Positions 12,760 to 26,243 of a stretch of 64,000 nt of DNA are shown piece by piece. Each line of letters begins with the position of its first letter. The stretch's first letter is position 1. Under the pieces are notes generated by a model. That model had not been told where the DNA came from. It saw only the letters and a list, made by a program, of their open reading frames with translations, and did no database searches. The position numbers and the translations under genes are program-made. Source of the DNA: Octopus vulgaris (taxonomy: Eukaryota); contig OX597820.1 in the NCBI GenBank assembly GCA_951406725.2, forward strand, positions 10,664,001 through 10,728,000, read 5' to 3'.

Positions 12760-13500
12760 GGCGGTGAGCTGGCAGAAACGTTAGCACGCCGGGCGAGACG
12801 CGCAGCTGTATTTCGTCTGCCGTTACGTTCTGAGTTCAAATTCCGCCGAGGTCGACTTTGCCTTTCATCGTTTCGGGGTCGATAAATTAAGTACCAGTTA
12901 CGCACTGGGGCCGATGTAATCGACTTAATACCTGTGTCTGTCCTTGTTTGTTTCCTCTGTGTTTAGCCCCCGGAGGGTAATAAATAAATAGGTATTTCGT
13001 CTACTGCTACGTTCTGAGTTCAAATTCCGCCGAGGTTGACTTTGCCTTTCATCTTTTCGATGTCGATAAATTAAGTACCAGTTATGCACTGGGGTGGATA
13101 TAATCGACTTAATGCGTCTGTCTGTCCTTGTTTGTCTCCTCTGTATTTAACCCCTTGTGGGTAGTAAAGAAATAGGTATTTCGTCTGCCGCTACGTTCTG
13201 AGTTCAAATTCCGCCGAGGTTGACTTTGCCTTTCATCCTTTCGGGGTCGATAAATTAAGTACCAGTTACGCACTGGGGTCGATGTAATCGACTTAATCCG
13301 TTTGTCTGTCCTTGTTTGTCCCCTTTGTGTTTAGCCCCTTGTGGGTAGGAAAGAAATAGGTATTTCGTCTGCCGTTACGTTCTGAGTTCAAATTCCTCCG
13401 AAGGGTCGATAAATTCTGTACCAGTTGTGTACTGGTGTCGATCTGATCGACTGGCCTCTTCCCCCAAAATTTCAGGTTTTGTGCCTAGAATAGAAAAGAA
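12760..13500 (+). mobile_element. SINE family A multimer (one head, ~184-bp body repeated three times plus an older-type tail)
   Basis: GTATTTCGTCT junctions recur at about 12808, 12992, 13177 and 13360. Confidence 0.85.
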
Positions 13501-14189
13501 AATGCAGGCGTGATGCAATCATTTTTCTTCTTCCCTGTAAACCACACAGTGTGTGGTACACGTTACTTACGAATCTTAAACGTACAAATTGGTGCGATGA
13601 CTATATTTATCGGAAAGGAATTACAGTCTCTCAGCTCATACCTACTTGTCATCAACATAGTCAGATTTGAACTCTGATGCAAGAATGATCGAACACTGAT
13701 AAAATAAATAAGAGCAGGACTGTCTATTTTTAACATTTTCAAGAAAAGAAATAAATACAGTAGAGTTAAATGCTGTCATTAGAAAAAAAAAACTATCAGA
13801 GATTAGCCACAGAATTTCTTGGTCGAGTGAGCAAAATAACTATGGATATTACGCTTTTGAATGATTAGGCTTCTTCAGAGAGCAGTGTACATGATTCTTT
13901 ATTGCTTGCTAGCACTGAAGCTTACAACATACATTTACATCAATGAGATTATTGATAATTTAATTATAAATGGACGCTGACCATATATGTAAATAATAAA
14001 ACGGTGTACCATTATCATTGTATTATTACAGTTGTTTCTAATATTAGAATTAACCACAATTTAGTCATTTTACAAATTGCTTTTCTTCATAGTAATATTC
14101 GTAACAGAAACTCGTTGTATGGCAGCGTTCGCTATTATGTTGACATTAATTGTCGCCTCTAGAGCACCAGCGTGTAATGGGAGAGAATG

Positions 14190-14735
14190 TACTTACTTGT
14201 ACTTGTGACGGCGTTCACCCAGGGCGGGTTGAGCCGCCGTTTTCTCTGTTCCTTACGGCATCACGAACCATAGCAGCCCACACTCAACGGTCCTGTGAGA
14301 GGTCACTGGAGACAGCGAGCCATTCGCGGTTCCATCTGCACAGAACGACCACCTGTGGACCTGACAGTTCGGAGAGGTGTTCCTTTATCGTCGTTGCCCA
14401 GGTCTTCAACTGCCGGCCCCTGCGTTTGAGCCAATTGGGAAGTGCAGGTGGGAGGAGGACATCGCGAATCAGCTCAGTCTCTGGACACCCGGCCGCATGA
14501 CCGAACCACCTTAAGCGCTGTTGTAAAAGCACCGAAGGGAGGGGCCGGAGATTCAGGCGACGACGAAGACCGGCTGTAGGAACCCGATCAATGCGTCGGC
14601 AGCGAAGAATGCGGCGGAGACAGTCATTGTCGAACACCTCCAGCCTTCACTGATCAACTACCCTCATAGGCCATGTTTCACAACCATAGAGGAGGATAGC
14701 ACGAACGACGGCCTGGTAGATTCTCCCTTTGGTCA
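14190..14735 (-). mobile_element. RTE-clade LINE 3' end
   Basis: FDNDCLRRIL, QQRLRWFGHAA and RRGRQLKTW motifs; (CAAGTA)n-like tail. Confidence 0.85.
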
Positions 14736-14914
14736 CCGCTGGAGGCGCACGAATGCGTCAAAATAGAAAACCTAAAAATTAAAACGTTTGGATTCGCCTT
14801 CCATTGTTGTCCATACAATTAATGCGTGTCCTAATCACTTTATTTAACGACTCCGTAATAATTTATTGCATTGGAAAACTTCTAAATATTAAAACCCAAT
14901 TTTAAGACTTACGC

Positions 14915-15415
<501 letters not shown>

Positions 15416-17778
15416 ATCTCCTGAACCTACACACTTTATAGTTTTAATTCTCTCTTTTGTCTGCTCATAAAAATCGCATAATTGAAATGTTTTTTATCGT
15501 TCAAACCGGGCATATCTACTACATTAATTCTATCAGTTTTATAATCAAACCGGCTAGATGTGGCCTCTCATATCTATTCTATAATGTCATCCTAAAAATA
15601 AAAAAAATCAGCATCATAATTTCGAAGCGACAAGATAATATTTGATTAATTCCAAACCATATGAATATAATGGAATCTACATTTGACAGAGTAAACTTAA
15701 TTCTAAAGAGTTACGAATTTTTTTAGTAATATCAGCCAATTCATTTGAGCAATATGGAAAATATCTTTAAAATATGAACTCGTACGTTTGGATAAGTGAG
15801 CTAAGTTTATTGTAATTGGCTCTGTAATATAACTGTCATTAACGTTTGCAGTTTATACAACCGTATGTTAAACATTATAGTTATATTACAATGAAACTTA
15901 ACTAAACGCTTCAGTTATAACTAGAATATGTTCGATGGTTGAAAGGTGAACGTATAAATTGTATGAATTCGTAAAACTGAAAAGCATTCGTATGCATAAT
16001 TTAATAGCAGTTCAGTGCTTTATACTTAGAATTCAGAAATCGTTTCGAAGTCAAGTTGTTTTACTTGATTCAAGATTTGATAAGATATTTACAGTAATTG
16101 CAATGACTAATGGATACTTTTGTTCCGGAATTCTAAAGTACACACAGGTTATCTTACGATATTCTCCGATAGAAAATTTTCTGCGGTAAATTAATTAGAT
16201 ATAACATAGGATCTTTCGGAAGAATACTTTTGATTGAGTGAAATAATGATTAACCAAAATCAATATGGCCTCGTATAAAGGTATATGAGCGAGAGAAGCT
16301 TCGTTTCTCATGGAGTTAGGTTCAAGTCAATGCACGGCAAGAAACCGAACTTCATTTCTACAATGAGCAAAGTTTTTGAGTTTGTATAAGATTAGAAAAT
16401 TTAAGAGCCAATGTTACGAGATATTTCATTCTAAATCTGTTTCACCCAAACAAGTTACTATGTTTATTATGATAGTTGGCTGCACAGCACTGTCGGATAT
16501 TCATTATATGCCTCAAAGTGTTACGCAATCTCTGAAGATTTGATAATGTAATGTGACTATAAAGATTATTTTTGTATATCGGATGTTAGAGAAATACGTG
16601 TAAGATCATGTAACTAAACACATTATGAATAAGCTCTTGTCTATTAATTTCTCTATATTCCCTCTGTAACCATTCTAGCTTTGAAAACCAAACAAAGGAA
16701 ACTTGCATTATAATAATAGAATTCTTTGTTTCTTTCTCTTATGTATATGAATGCACATGGAATTCTTAATTCTGGTTATTTTTAGGCAATTGAATTTTAA
16801 AACACACACTGTACATATATATGCACATATACATACATACACTCGTATATATACATACATACATATGTATGTGTGTGTGCTTGCATATATATTACCCATT
16901 CCCATATATGAGGAGCTTATACCTTCAACAAGTAAATATTATATTTTGAATACGAAAAACCCAGCGCCTGTCACTCGGTAGTGTAATAAAAACATATCTG
17001 GTCAACGTAAACGACATTAAATATGCTAGTGTATATATTATGTGGGCATTAATAGGAGGATCACCGATAGTATTTTTAAGTACAAAGAATTAATAATGTG
17101 GACATGAGGATGGACGTGAATATTTTGGTATGCATCTTGTTTGTGGTGTCTATCCAGTCTGTAACGAATCTCTAGTAATTAGTTTGAATAACGCTGAGAT
17201 TAGACTCAGCTGTAACGCTAATCCACGAGTGTTTAGTCATCGTAAAGGCGCCTCCTTCATGCTAAACAGAATATGGCGAAATAGTTAGAATGGTCGTTAA
17301 TATAAATTGAAGGAGACAGACGAGCATATCTAACAAATAAATTTTTTTTTTTCGTCTGTTTCCTTCCACAACGAATCTGTCTCAATGAATCATATTCTCA
17401 GCATAATTCAATATTGCGTTCTAAGAGCATATCAATGCTCAAATCGTCCTTCCTTCCGCCATGTCAACATTTATTTAAGCATAAAAGATACAAAGATCTG
17501 AAATTAAAAACTTTCCAAAGTCTGGTAACTGAGACGTTAGCCGGCTATTTTCGAGTTTATTTATAGCATGAAAACCGCGTATTGAATTCTGTTAATAGAA
17601 AGCATAGAGATTCTTACGTCCTTGTCGTGACATACAAGTTAAGCCGAAGTTCTTTCATGTCTACAAATCTACACTGACAAATAAACACACAAATATATGT
17701 GGAAAAACTGGTACTCGAATACCGGAGGTGGAGTAATATGACTTCTTTTAATTTGCAACTTTAATAAAAGAAATGTGC

Positions 17779-17836
<58 letters not shown>

Positions 17837-17839
<3 letters not shown>

Positions 17840-18125
17840 GTGAAGGGAAGAAATGGAGCCGAACGAAGATTCTACAAAATTCCTTTTTATTATTTTCTTT
17901 CTACACATGTTTCAAAGGCTGCAAATTCCCAAATTCGGATTGAATAAGGAGACCATTCTGCAGCTTTCTCTTCAGGAAAAACCAGGAATTTAAAATCTCA
18001 AAACAAATGCGCAGCAAGCTTTTCGAACAAAACGCTCCCTAGGAGCCCATGGTAAAAATGGCACAAAACTGTATCGGTTAAATTTTGAATAATCCGTAAC
18101 AAGATAATTCATTTATCCATTTCAT

Positions 18126-18128
<3 letters not shown>
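17837..18128 (-). mobile_element. Hammerhead-bearing non-coding element H2 inserted in (TA)n
   Basis: ~290-bp block with pure (TA)n on both sides; relative at 8901-9018. Confidence 0.7.
17896..17981 (-). ncRNA. Type I hammerhead ribozyme candidate with long stem II
   Basis: UUUUUC-CUGAAGA-GAAAGCUGCAGA...UUUGCAGCCUUU-GAAAC-AUGU-GUA-GAAAGA; intact core. Confidence 0.7.
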
Positions 18129-18178
<50 letters not shown>

Positions 18179-18309
18179 ATATATCTGGGTGTGTGCGTAA
18201 ACGTGTATGTACACGTGCAAGCAACATTCATGAGTCTATATGTGTGTACATAAACATAGGTATATATGTACGTATGTATGAATGTCTCTATCTATTTATC
18301 TATCTATCT

Positions 18310-18712
18310 TATTTCTTTATTACCCATTAGGGGATAAACATAGAGGGGACAAACAAGGACAAACAGAGGAATTAAGTGAATTACATCGACCCCAATGCGC
18401 AATTGGTACTTAATTTATCGACCCCGAAAGGATGAAAGGCAAAGTCGACCTCGGCGGAATTTGAACTCAGAACAAAATACCTATTTCTTTACTACCCAAA
18501 AGGGGCTAAACACAGAGGGGACAAGCAAGGACAGACAAACGAATTAAGTCGATTACATCGGCCCCAGTGCGTATCTGGTACTTAATTTATCGACACCGAA
18601 AGGATGAAAGGCAAAGTCGACCTCAGCGGAGTTTGAACTCAGAACGTAACGGCGGACGAAATACGGCTACGCATTTCGCCCGGCGTGCTAACGTTTCTAC
18701 CAGCTCGCCGCC
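18310..18712 (-). mobile_element. SINE family A dimer
   Basis: One head and two bodies. Confidence 0.85.
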
Positions 18713-18723
18713 TTTCTATTGCG

Positions 18724-18800
<77 letters not shown>

Positions 18801-20696
18801 CATATGTACGTATGTGAGCTTGCACGTGCGTGCAATTGTATGTGTGTTGGTAAAAATCGAAATGGAATGAGGAAAACTAACGAAAAGCAATAAAAGTTTA
18901 CTGGAAAAAAGCAACTAAACCTGGAACAACTCTTTTCAGCCATGGGAGCAGAATCATTGTTGTTTCGATGCGTTTAAAGTCTAACGGCTTTAATTTCATG
19001 GGACTACTCCTCTGATGACACCAGTAGTAGTGATTAAATGATGCATGTGCACCTTCGTGTTTGTTCCACCTTCACCACTGCAGAACCGCAGACGGTTTGT
19101 TTATATTCCGGCAACATTATCGATTAGACTAAAGAGACTGATTGTTCCAGAGTAATGGGATCGATTTGTTTGACTAAACTCTTCAATGCAGTCTCCCAAT
19201 ATAACTGGAGTTGAAAGGCTGAAACAAGTAAAAGATAAATAAAAACTTATATAAAAGATACGAATAGGAAAGTATTTTGATATTTGTGTACATATTAAGG
19301 CGGTGCTCCAGCATGGTCGCACTCAAATGACTGAAACAAGTAAAAGAATATGGATGCAATACTTATTTTCATAGATGCCTTCGTATAATGGCGTATACGG
19401 TATTGTCTTGATTGAACTCCCTTCTCACATTACTGCGAGTACGCGGAGATCTGTATGTAGTGATTCAGTCAGTTGTAGACAAATCTTCCTAATTCGCGTT
19501 TTTGATTTAAAATTGAAGGATATATTCGACACAATACTGGCGAGATACTCATAGAACAGATTTGGCTAAAGATCAATTCGATCTAAGTTAATATGGCTAT
19601 ATACAGCGAAATGTATTTATATCATTGCAAGCCAAATTTTAAATATTTTCTCATCTTGACACATACATGTGCAGTTCATGCCTGATCTGTAGTCTGTAAG
19701 TTCTTCATATTGTTCAGAGAATAACAAAACCTCATCTAGTGTCCTCGTGCACTATTTCTTTAAAATTTACTTCAGATCAATACATTCCAGTATTGAATAA
19801 AAATTCCATTGTATATTTTACACAAAGAAAATGAATATGAGCAGCCGGTAGATGTCGAACTATTATCTTTTTTTCGACGTATCATTTGTAATGAACACTT
19901 CCACATTAGATTTTGCACACAATTTGCTGAATCAGAAAAATTTTTTTTTTTTAAATGTATAATTATAAATCGAAACAACTTCTAAGTATTTCTTTCAAAC
20001 ATTTTCTACAACCGATATTATATCTTCAGCGTCTGTTTCTAACTCATTACTCATCATTACACTTGAGCGAATACGTAATGAAAAACTTACCACTTTCTAG
20101 ACCTCGATAACATTTACTTTGCGCTTCGATGACAGCCAAATGAAAACTTAATTCTGAAATATATTAATGCAGCTCGAATTCCATCTATATTTTAAATGAT
20201 TATTTTAACATTTCCTGGTTATTTATATTGTCTTCTTCCATTTCTTCCTTCTTATCTTCCTTTGTTTCATTATCATTCATATTTCGTTATATTTTTAAAA
20301 AATCATTTAATATTATTTTCTATTTCCCGTTGTTGCTGATAATGTATTTTTTTATCACAGCCTTACGTTTCTTTATATTTATATATGTTTTTTGTTTCCA
20401 TAAGACTTTATTTATTTCATATATCTTGCACTCCTTTCTCTCTTGGTATCATTATTTTTACATTGCTTCTGCTTTCCGATCTATTATTTTATTTTATCTT
20501 TCTTTACTGCAGTCAACCTTAATTTTCATCTTTCTATTATTTCTTCTCCTTCCTATCCAAATGTTTTCTTTTCAGCTTTATCACTTCGTTTTATTTTATC
20601 TTTATTCCTGTATTTTTATTTTTATTTTCTTTATATTTCTATCATCCCATCCTTTGTTTCTTCCCAATTTATCTCGAATTTATATTGCTTTTTTAC

Positions 20697-20728
<32 letters not shown>

Positions 20729-20981
20729 TCAATCTAATGATTTTTCATTCTAGAATTAGATTCTTTGCTAATCTAATACTCGATGCTCCAAGACGTGAAC
20801 AAGTCTATTACATCTTACTACATACTTTCCTGAAGCAATTACAAATTGATGTATATTTTATGAGGATATATGCCTGTATTCATATGGGTATAATTATCTA
20901 TATATAATAATGACCGCCATAAAGGCTAGTTGGTTGGTTTGTTGGCTGGTTGGTTGATTTCTCCAGATACGCTTTAGATCA

Positions 20982-21013
<32 letters not shown>

Positions 21014-21036
21014 CATATGTGTGTGTGTGTGTGTAT

Positions 21037-21220
21037 AGTTGAAATTTACAAGAAAACAAAAGACGAAGACAGGTATATAAACAAAAGCAGGTGTATTAGT
21101 TTAACGCTCAGGAAAGTGAGAAAGTCTTTTACATTTCGAGCCTACGCTCTTCATCAGAAAGGAACACGATAAAACAAACAGAGAGAGAATAAAAAAACTT
21201 GTAGATTTAGCGGTCAATCG
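21037..21220 (-). mobile_element. Hammerhead-bearing element H1
   Basis: Homologous to the copies at 9031 and 59313; flanked by (TG/TA)n and (GA)n. Confidence 0.7.
21126..21161 (-). ncRNA. Minimal type I hammerhead ribozyme candidate
   Basis: CUUU-CUGAUGA-A-GAGC(GUAG)GCUC-GAAAU-GUA-AAAG. Confidence 0.65.
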
Positions 21221-21541
21221 AGAGTGAGAGAGCAAATGCTATTTATTCAGGAGTCTATTATTTAATGTCTACATTTTTGAAACTATGAAGTATGATATAA
21301 CAAAGATTTGACTGCTATTTTTAGCAGTTAGAATGACCATGTAGAAGTTAACATCACTGACTCGATTTGTTCTATTAACAACATAATTTACAGAAAGAAC
21401 GTTTATCATTAAATGTATGAAAGATCAAATAACAGAGAGAAGAAAATTACATCCCTACGGAAACAAAGAGAAATAAAAAGGTTTGGGATGGAGGTGGGAG
21501 ATATGAAGCAAATACTAAAGAGACAATCTTTGAATCATCTA

Positions 21542-22352
21542 CGATGTCTGATCAATGAATATTCAGACTGTTGCCTTAGTAACGAAGCTAAAGCACACAG
21601 ATAAAGCCGCTAGGTACACATTGACCTTGAAGTCTGTTGTGAATGCGCACTAAGTTTTGATATTCTAACTCATTTCTACTGTTTACATCAGTGTTTGGAA
21701 GGAAGGTGTGTAGCGTGTGAGAAAGTTGTCATGACGACACCTGATCAGAAGGCTACGGAAAGTTGCACAAAAGTGTACGAGCGGTTCAGATGTTTCCAAG
21801 ATGGCCGATATTGACGAACGTTCTGGGCCACCCGCAACTAGCAGAACTAAGAAAAACATCGCAGATGTGCGTGCAACTGTGAGGGGAAATCGTCGAAGCA
21901 CCATCCGTGAGTTATTAGAGGATGTGTAGATTAGTTATGGTTCAGTTCAGTCCATTATCACTGAAGATTTGGATATGAGACGGGTGTGCCAAAACTGCTT
22001 TCAGCCGACCAAAAAGACACTCGGGTTTCAGTTGCATTAGATCTCCTTGACTCTGTCGATAACGATGAAAACTTTGTGAAAGCTTTGCATAAGGCTCTGA
22101 GCAGGTGTCACCAAGTGTTTCGCAAAATCATACGGTACACACCTTCGTTCATACGCTACAAAAAACATCATGCACTACAAAAAAGTGATACTCTGCACGC
22201 CTTCGTTCCAACCAGTGCTGTAAACAGAGGAAGTGAGTTAAAACGAGCGTGCACAGCAGAGTTGAAGGTCAATCTGTGCCAAGCTAAAGCAATCTGCTTG
22301 CTTTAGCTTCGTTACTATGGCAACATTCCTGATACCTATTGATCAGATCACG
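21542..22352 (+). mobile_element. Internally deleted mariner element
   Basis: ~55-bp imperfect TIRs, TA TSD, HTH-region remnants (DERSGPPATS...NRRSTIREL...IITEDLDMRRV). Confidence 0.8.
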
Positions 22353-22593
22353 TATAAAAAGATAATTAGCCATCCCTGTGATGATATTTTTATAGAGTGA
22401 CCTATGCTGTTGTTGAGAGGAAAAAGGAAAAGTAACGTCTTCATTTTAGTTAAAGAAGATATCGCAGAGTGAGGACGACGTTGAATTTGAAATGTGCTTT
22501 GAGTATCCAGAATGAACCTGGGACTAAATACGGGGAGTTATTTGTTGTGCGTTATGAAAATTGCACAAAGTTAGTGAAGAAATATGCAAAAAT

Positions 22594-22866
22594 GCAGGCG
22601 TGACTGTGTGGTAAGAAGTTTGTTTCCTAACTACAGAGTTCCCAGTTCAATCTCACTGCATGAAACCTTGGACAAGTGTCTTCGACTATAGCTAAGTTCT
22701 CTTAGCTACTCCTTCTACAATAGCCACAAGATGAATCCATCCTCTTCACCCCGAAAGGGTGAAAGGCAATGTCGACCTCGGCGGAATTTGAACTAAGAAC
22801 GTAGCGGCAGACGAAATACCGCAAAGCATTTCGCCTGGCATGGTAACGATTCTCCTAGTTCGCCAT
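22594..22866. mobile_element. SINE B head fragment (+) followed by SINE A 5' fragment (-)
   Basis: Diverged matches to both families. Confidence 0.7.
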
Positions 22867-23141
22867 TTTACAGAAGATAATATATTTTTAAAGGAGAGTT
22901 AGATAGGAAGGTGTGAAATAATAAAGATGTCACGGGTATTTGAATATTCGTTGTATTGTTGTATCAAGCAAGCGAGTGTATGACTAGAAAATGCATTAAA
23001 TTCACAGTTCTGTATCTAGTGACTAGGTGCCATATAAATTCGTTAATTATTTTTTAAACAGCCTTCTTTTTTGTTAAGCCTTTCCAAAGCTATTTGAATT
23101 AACTAGAAAAATATCTTTATAGTTATGTTTTTGGTGTTACT

Positions 23142-23467
23142 AAGGGTAAAGACCCCCTTCGGTCATGAATGACCATGGGATTGCACCTAGAAAGTTACTC
23201 TCCTAGACACAAGTCCGGGCAAGGTTGTTTATGGAAGACCAGCAGTCGCCCATGCATACCAGCCTCCTCTCTCCGCGCCACCAGTGTTATCCAAGGGAAA
23301 GACAAAGGTCGATACAGCTTGGCACCAGTGACGTCGCAACTCATTTCTACAGCTGAGTGAACTGGAACAACGTGAAATAAAGTGCCTTGCTCAAGAACAC
23401 AACACGCAGCCCGGTCCGGGATTCGAGCTCACAACCTCACGATCGTAAGCTCGACGCTCTAACCACA
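23142..23467 (-). mobile_element. tRNA-derived SINE family D, 5'-clipped
   Basis: GTGGTTAGAGCGTCGAGCTTACGATCGTGAGGTTGTGAGCTCGAATCC head; TGTGTTCTTGAGCAAGGCACTTT central motif. Confidence 0.75.
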
Positions 23468-23524
23468 TCATTATTATTATTATGTTTATTATTATTATTA
23501 TCATTATTATTATTATTATCATTG

Positions 23525-24109
23525 CCTTTGCAGAGCTTTTATCGCTGGAGATGTGCTACGGTGTCAGATGTTCACTATCAGTGAACTAAGGTAACACCTC
23601 TTATTTTTCGAGCACCATCCGGAGTATTTGAGCGGTTACAAGCAGTGCCATTTTCTGCAAGTGCAGTCCCTATTTGTTCCACGTACTTTTCGAGATTTTT
23701 GCTCACTGTTCCTAGGGCTCCGACAATTATTTGGTACCACTGCTACCTTTTACATCGACCACAACTGCTTAACTTCCGAAGCTAACCTGTCACATCTCTC
23801 GACTTTTCTTTCTTCCTTATCGCACACCTTGTTGTCAGCTGGGCATGATATTTCTACGATCCAGCATAGTTTGTTTTCTTTCACAATTAACACTATGTCC
23901 GGCTTCCTATTCTCTATGTCATGGGCGCACTAAATCATAAAATCCCATAGGTTCTTTGCATTTCCATTTTCGACGATGCCTTCAGGTTTATGGTCGTACC
24001 AATTTTTTGCTTTCTCAAGTCCATACTTGTTGCAAAGTGTCCAATGTACAAGCCTGACTATATAGTCGTGGAGACATATATCCCTTCTGGGCTAGTGGCG
24101 TACATTGGC

Positions 24110-24110
<1 letters not shown>
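23525..24110 (-). mobile_element. R4/Dong-like LINE 3' end, subfamily 3 (degenerate)
   Basis: CTPLAQK, HD..VRLVHW, WYDHKP, LWDF and NRKPDIV motifs with stops; (TAA)n flanks. Confidence 0.85.
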
Positions 24111-24161
<51 letters not shown>

Positions 24162-24162
24162 G

Positions 24163-24221
<59 letters not shown>

Positions 24222-24223
<2 letters not shown>

Positions 24224-24410
24224 TATGTTTGACTTTTGCTTTACATTTGTACAAGCTAGCTCCAAGTCTCACCCGGTGACCTCAAGAGACAACAAGTTGG
24301 AAGTTCATGCTGGTGTTATGCCTAGGGTGCCATATATTTGGTTTTGTACTTAGTGTTGTACTAATGAATGCCTAAAAAAACCATACGAAAACTATGTTTG
24401 TTTTTATTAT
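24222..24410 (-). mobile_element. Isolated 3'UTR of R4/Dong-like subfamily 1
   Basis: Matches 24438-24650 and 5990-6168. Confidence 0.85.
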
Positions 24411-24437
24411 TATTATTATCATTATTATTATTATTAT

Positions 24438-26204
24438 TCTATGTTTGACTTTTGCTTTATATTTGTACAAGTTGGCTCCAAGTCTCACCCAGAGACCTCA
24501 AGAGACAACAGGGTTGGAAGTTCATGTTGTTGTTATGCCTAGTGTGCCATATATTTGGGGGGTGGCGATGTTGTACTAATGAATGTCTAAAAAAAAAAAG
24601 TTTTTTTTTTTTTTAATTTTTTTTTTAAACCGAAAATTATGTTTGTTTTAAACCTTGAGATTACATAGAGAGTATTTTGCGTAGGATATGAGCAGTTCCC
24701 ATGAGCACTATCTTTTGAACTTCTGCCATTTTTGGGTTTCCTGGTATCTGAGTTAGGTAGCTATCAGCCCCTTTTGCTATCATTCCCAGGGCACCTATGA
24801 CAACAGGTATTGTTTTAGTCTTCAGCTTCCACATTTTGCTGATTTCTATTTCAAGATCTTTATATTTGCTCAGTTTTTGGTAGGTCTTGACAGATACGTT
24901 TATATCGATTGGGACAGTCATATCAATGAGGAGGCATGTTCTTTGTTTGAAGTTTTTCAATATGATGTCTGGCCTATTTGCATCTATCTTCCTGTCAGTT
25001 TGAATGGTGAAGTTCCAGAGGAGTGAGATGTGGTCATTTTCAAGCACTGGGGGTGGTTTGTGTTCCCACCAGTTTTTTTCATGGGGCAAATCCAGGTTTT
25101 TACAGATTACCCAGTGAATATATTGTGCAGCTCTATCGTGCCTGTTGAGATACTCTGTAGGCGCTAGAAGACTGCACTTGGAGACCACATGGTCAATGGT
25201 TTCATTTTGTTGCTTGCATACACGACACGTTGGACTGCTTCTGATCTTTAATATGTTGGCCTGGTAGTTTCTTGTTGGTAGGCATTGATCTTGAGCTGCT
25301 ATGATAAACCCCTCTGTTTCAGATTTTAAGCCAGAGGCCATTAGCCATTGATGGGTCAGGGCTTTGTCGATATCTGCATTATTCGCTCTCTTTGGGTATT
25401 TGCCATAGAGAGGTTTTTCTTGCCATTTATTATTCAGAATATCTAAGGCCGCAGTTTTGGCACGGGTTTTCATGCGCCTAGCTTTTTCTGTGCTTGTTTC
25501 TTGTATATCTATCTCTAATTCCGAAATTGGTTGTATTCGGAGTTCACTTAGATATTCCTTTGCCTGTTTTGTGACTGAGTATGATGCTTTCTTGTTTTCA
25601 TGTTTTGAGACAAGTTTTAGCATCCAGTCCTCAGAGTTTTTCAGGTAGGTGTCTAGGCCAATTGTAGCAATCTTCATTGTTATTGCCAGTTGCAAAAGAC
25701 CACGGCCTCCCTCTTTTCTTGGCAGATATAGTCGCTCTGTATCTGCCTTAGGGTGGTGCATTCTATGCATTGTCAACAGTTTCCTTATTTTTCTGTCGAG
25801 CTGACATATTTCAGTAATTGACCAGTTAACAATATTGAAACTGTAAGTCACGACTGGTATAGCTAATGCATTGATTGCTTCGATCCTGTTTCTTGCATTC
25901 AGCTCTGTCTTGAGTATTGCTCTCACTCTTCGATAGCATTCTCTCCTGATCCTTTCCTTCATCTCTGAATGCCTTATTCCGTTCCCTTCAATTATCCCTA
26001 GGTACTTGTAGCTCTCCGCTGGGTCTAGTTCTTTTATGACATTCTGTTGGTCAAGGTTAACGTTAGATGTTTCTGTCATTTTTCCTTTGATAAAGGTAGC
26101 CTTTGCACATTTATCGAGGCCGAATTGCATTCTGATGTCGTCACTGAATTGTTTGACTATCGCTAGTAAGCCCTTGAGTTGTTGATCAGCCCTTGAGTTG
26201 TTGA

Positions 26205-26205
<1 letters not shown>
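24438..26205 (-). mobile_element. 5'-truncated R4/Dong-like non-LTR retrotransposon (RT C-terminal part, CCHC knuckle, REL endonuclease)
   Basis: Open 489-aa ORF: FGLDKC, YKYLG, RKEGGRGL, AAQDQ, CRVC..ETIDHVVSKC, RHD, NRPD, KLSKY; (TAA)n both sides. Confidence 0.95.
24661..26130 (-). CDS. Partial non-LTR retrotransposon RT/REL protein; truncated just downstream of where the YxDD motif would lie, so non-functional
   Basis: ORF track; frame continues upstream to about 26186 (QQLKGLLAIVKQFSDDIR) and then runs into (TAA)n. Confidence 0.85.
   Translation of the reverse strand: MQFGLDKCAKATFIKGKMTETSNVNLDQQNVIKELDPAESYKYLGIIEGNGIRHSEMKERIRRECYRRVRAILKTELNARNRIEAINALAIPVVTYSFNIVNWSITEICQLDRKIRKLLTMHRMHHPKADTERLYLPRKEGGRGLLQLAITMKIATIGLDTYLKNSEDWMLKLVSKHENKKASYSVTKQAKEYLSELRIQPISELEIDIQETSTEKARRMKTRAKTAALDILNNKWQEKPLYGKYPKRANNADIDKALTHQWLMASGLKSETEGFIIAAQDQCLPTRNYQANILKIRSSPTCRVCKQQNETIDHVVSKCSLLAPTEYLNRHDRAAQYIHWVICKNLDLPHEKNWWEHKPPPVLENDHISLLWNFTIQTDRKIDANRPDIILKNFKQRTCLLIDMTVPIDINVSVKTYQKLSKYKDLEIEISKMWKLKTKTIPVVIGALGMIAKGADSYLTQIPGNPKMAEVQKIVLMGTAHILRKILSM

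Positions 26206-26243
<38 letters not shown>

Noticed and set aside
12760-13500. CRISPR-like periodicity
   Set aside because: The whole ~184-bp unit repeats with no unique spacers; eukaryotic SINE multimer, no cas genes
20228-20907. Hydrophobic ORFs resembling membrane proteins
   Set aside because: Result of T-rich low-complexity composition
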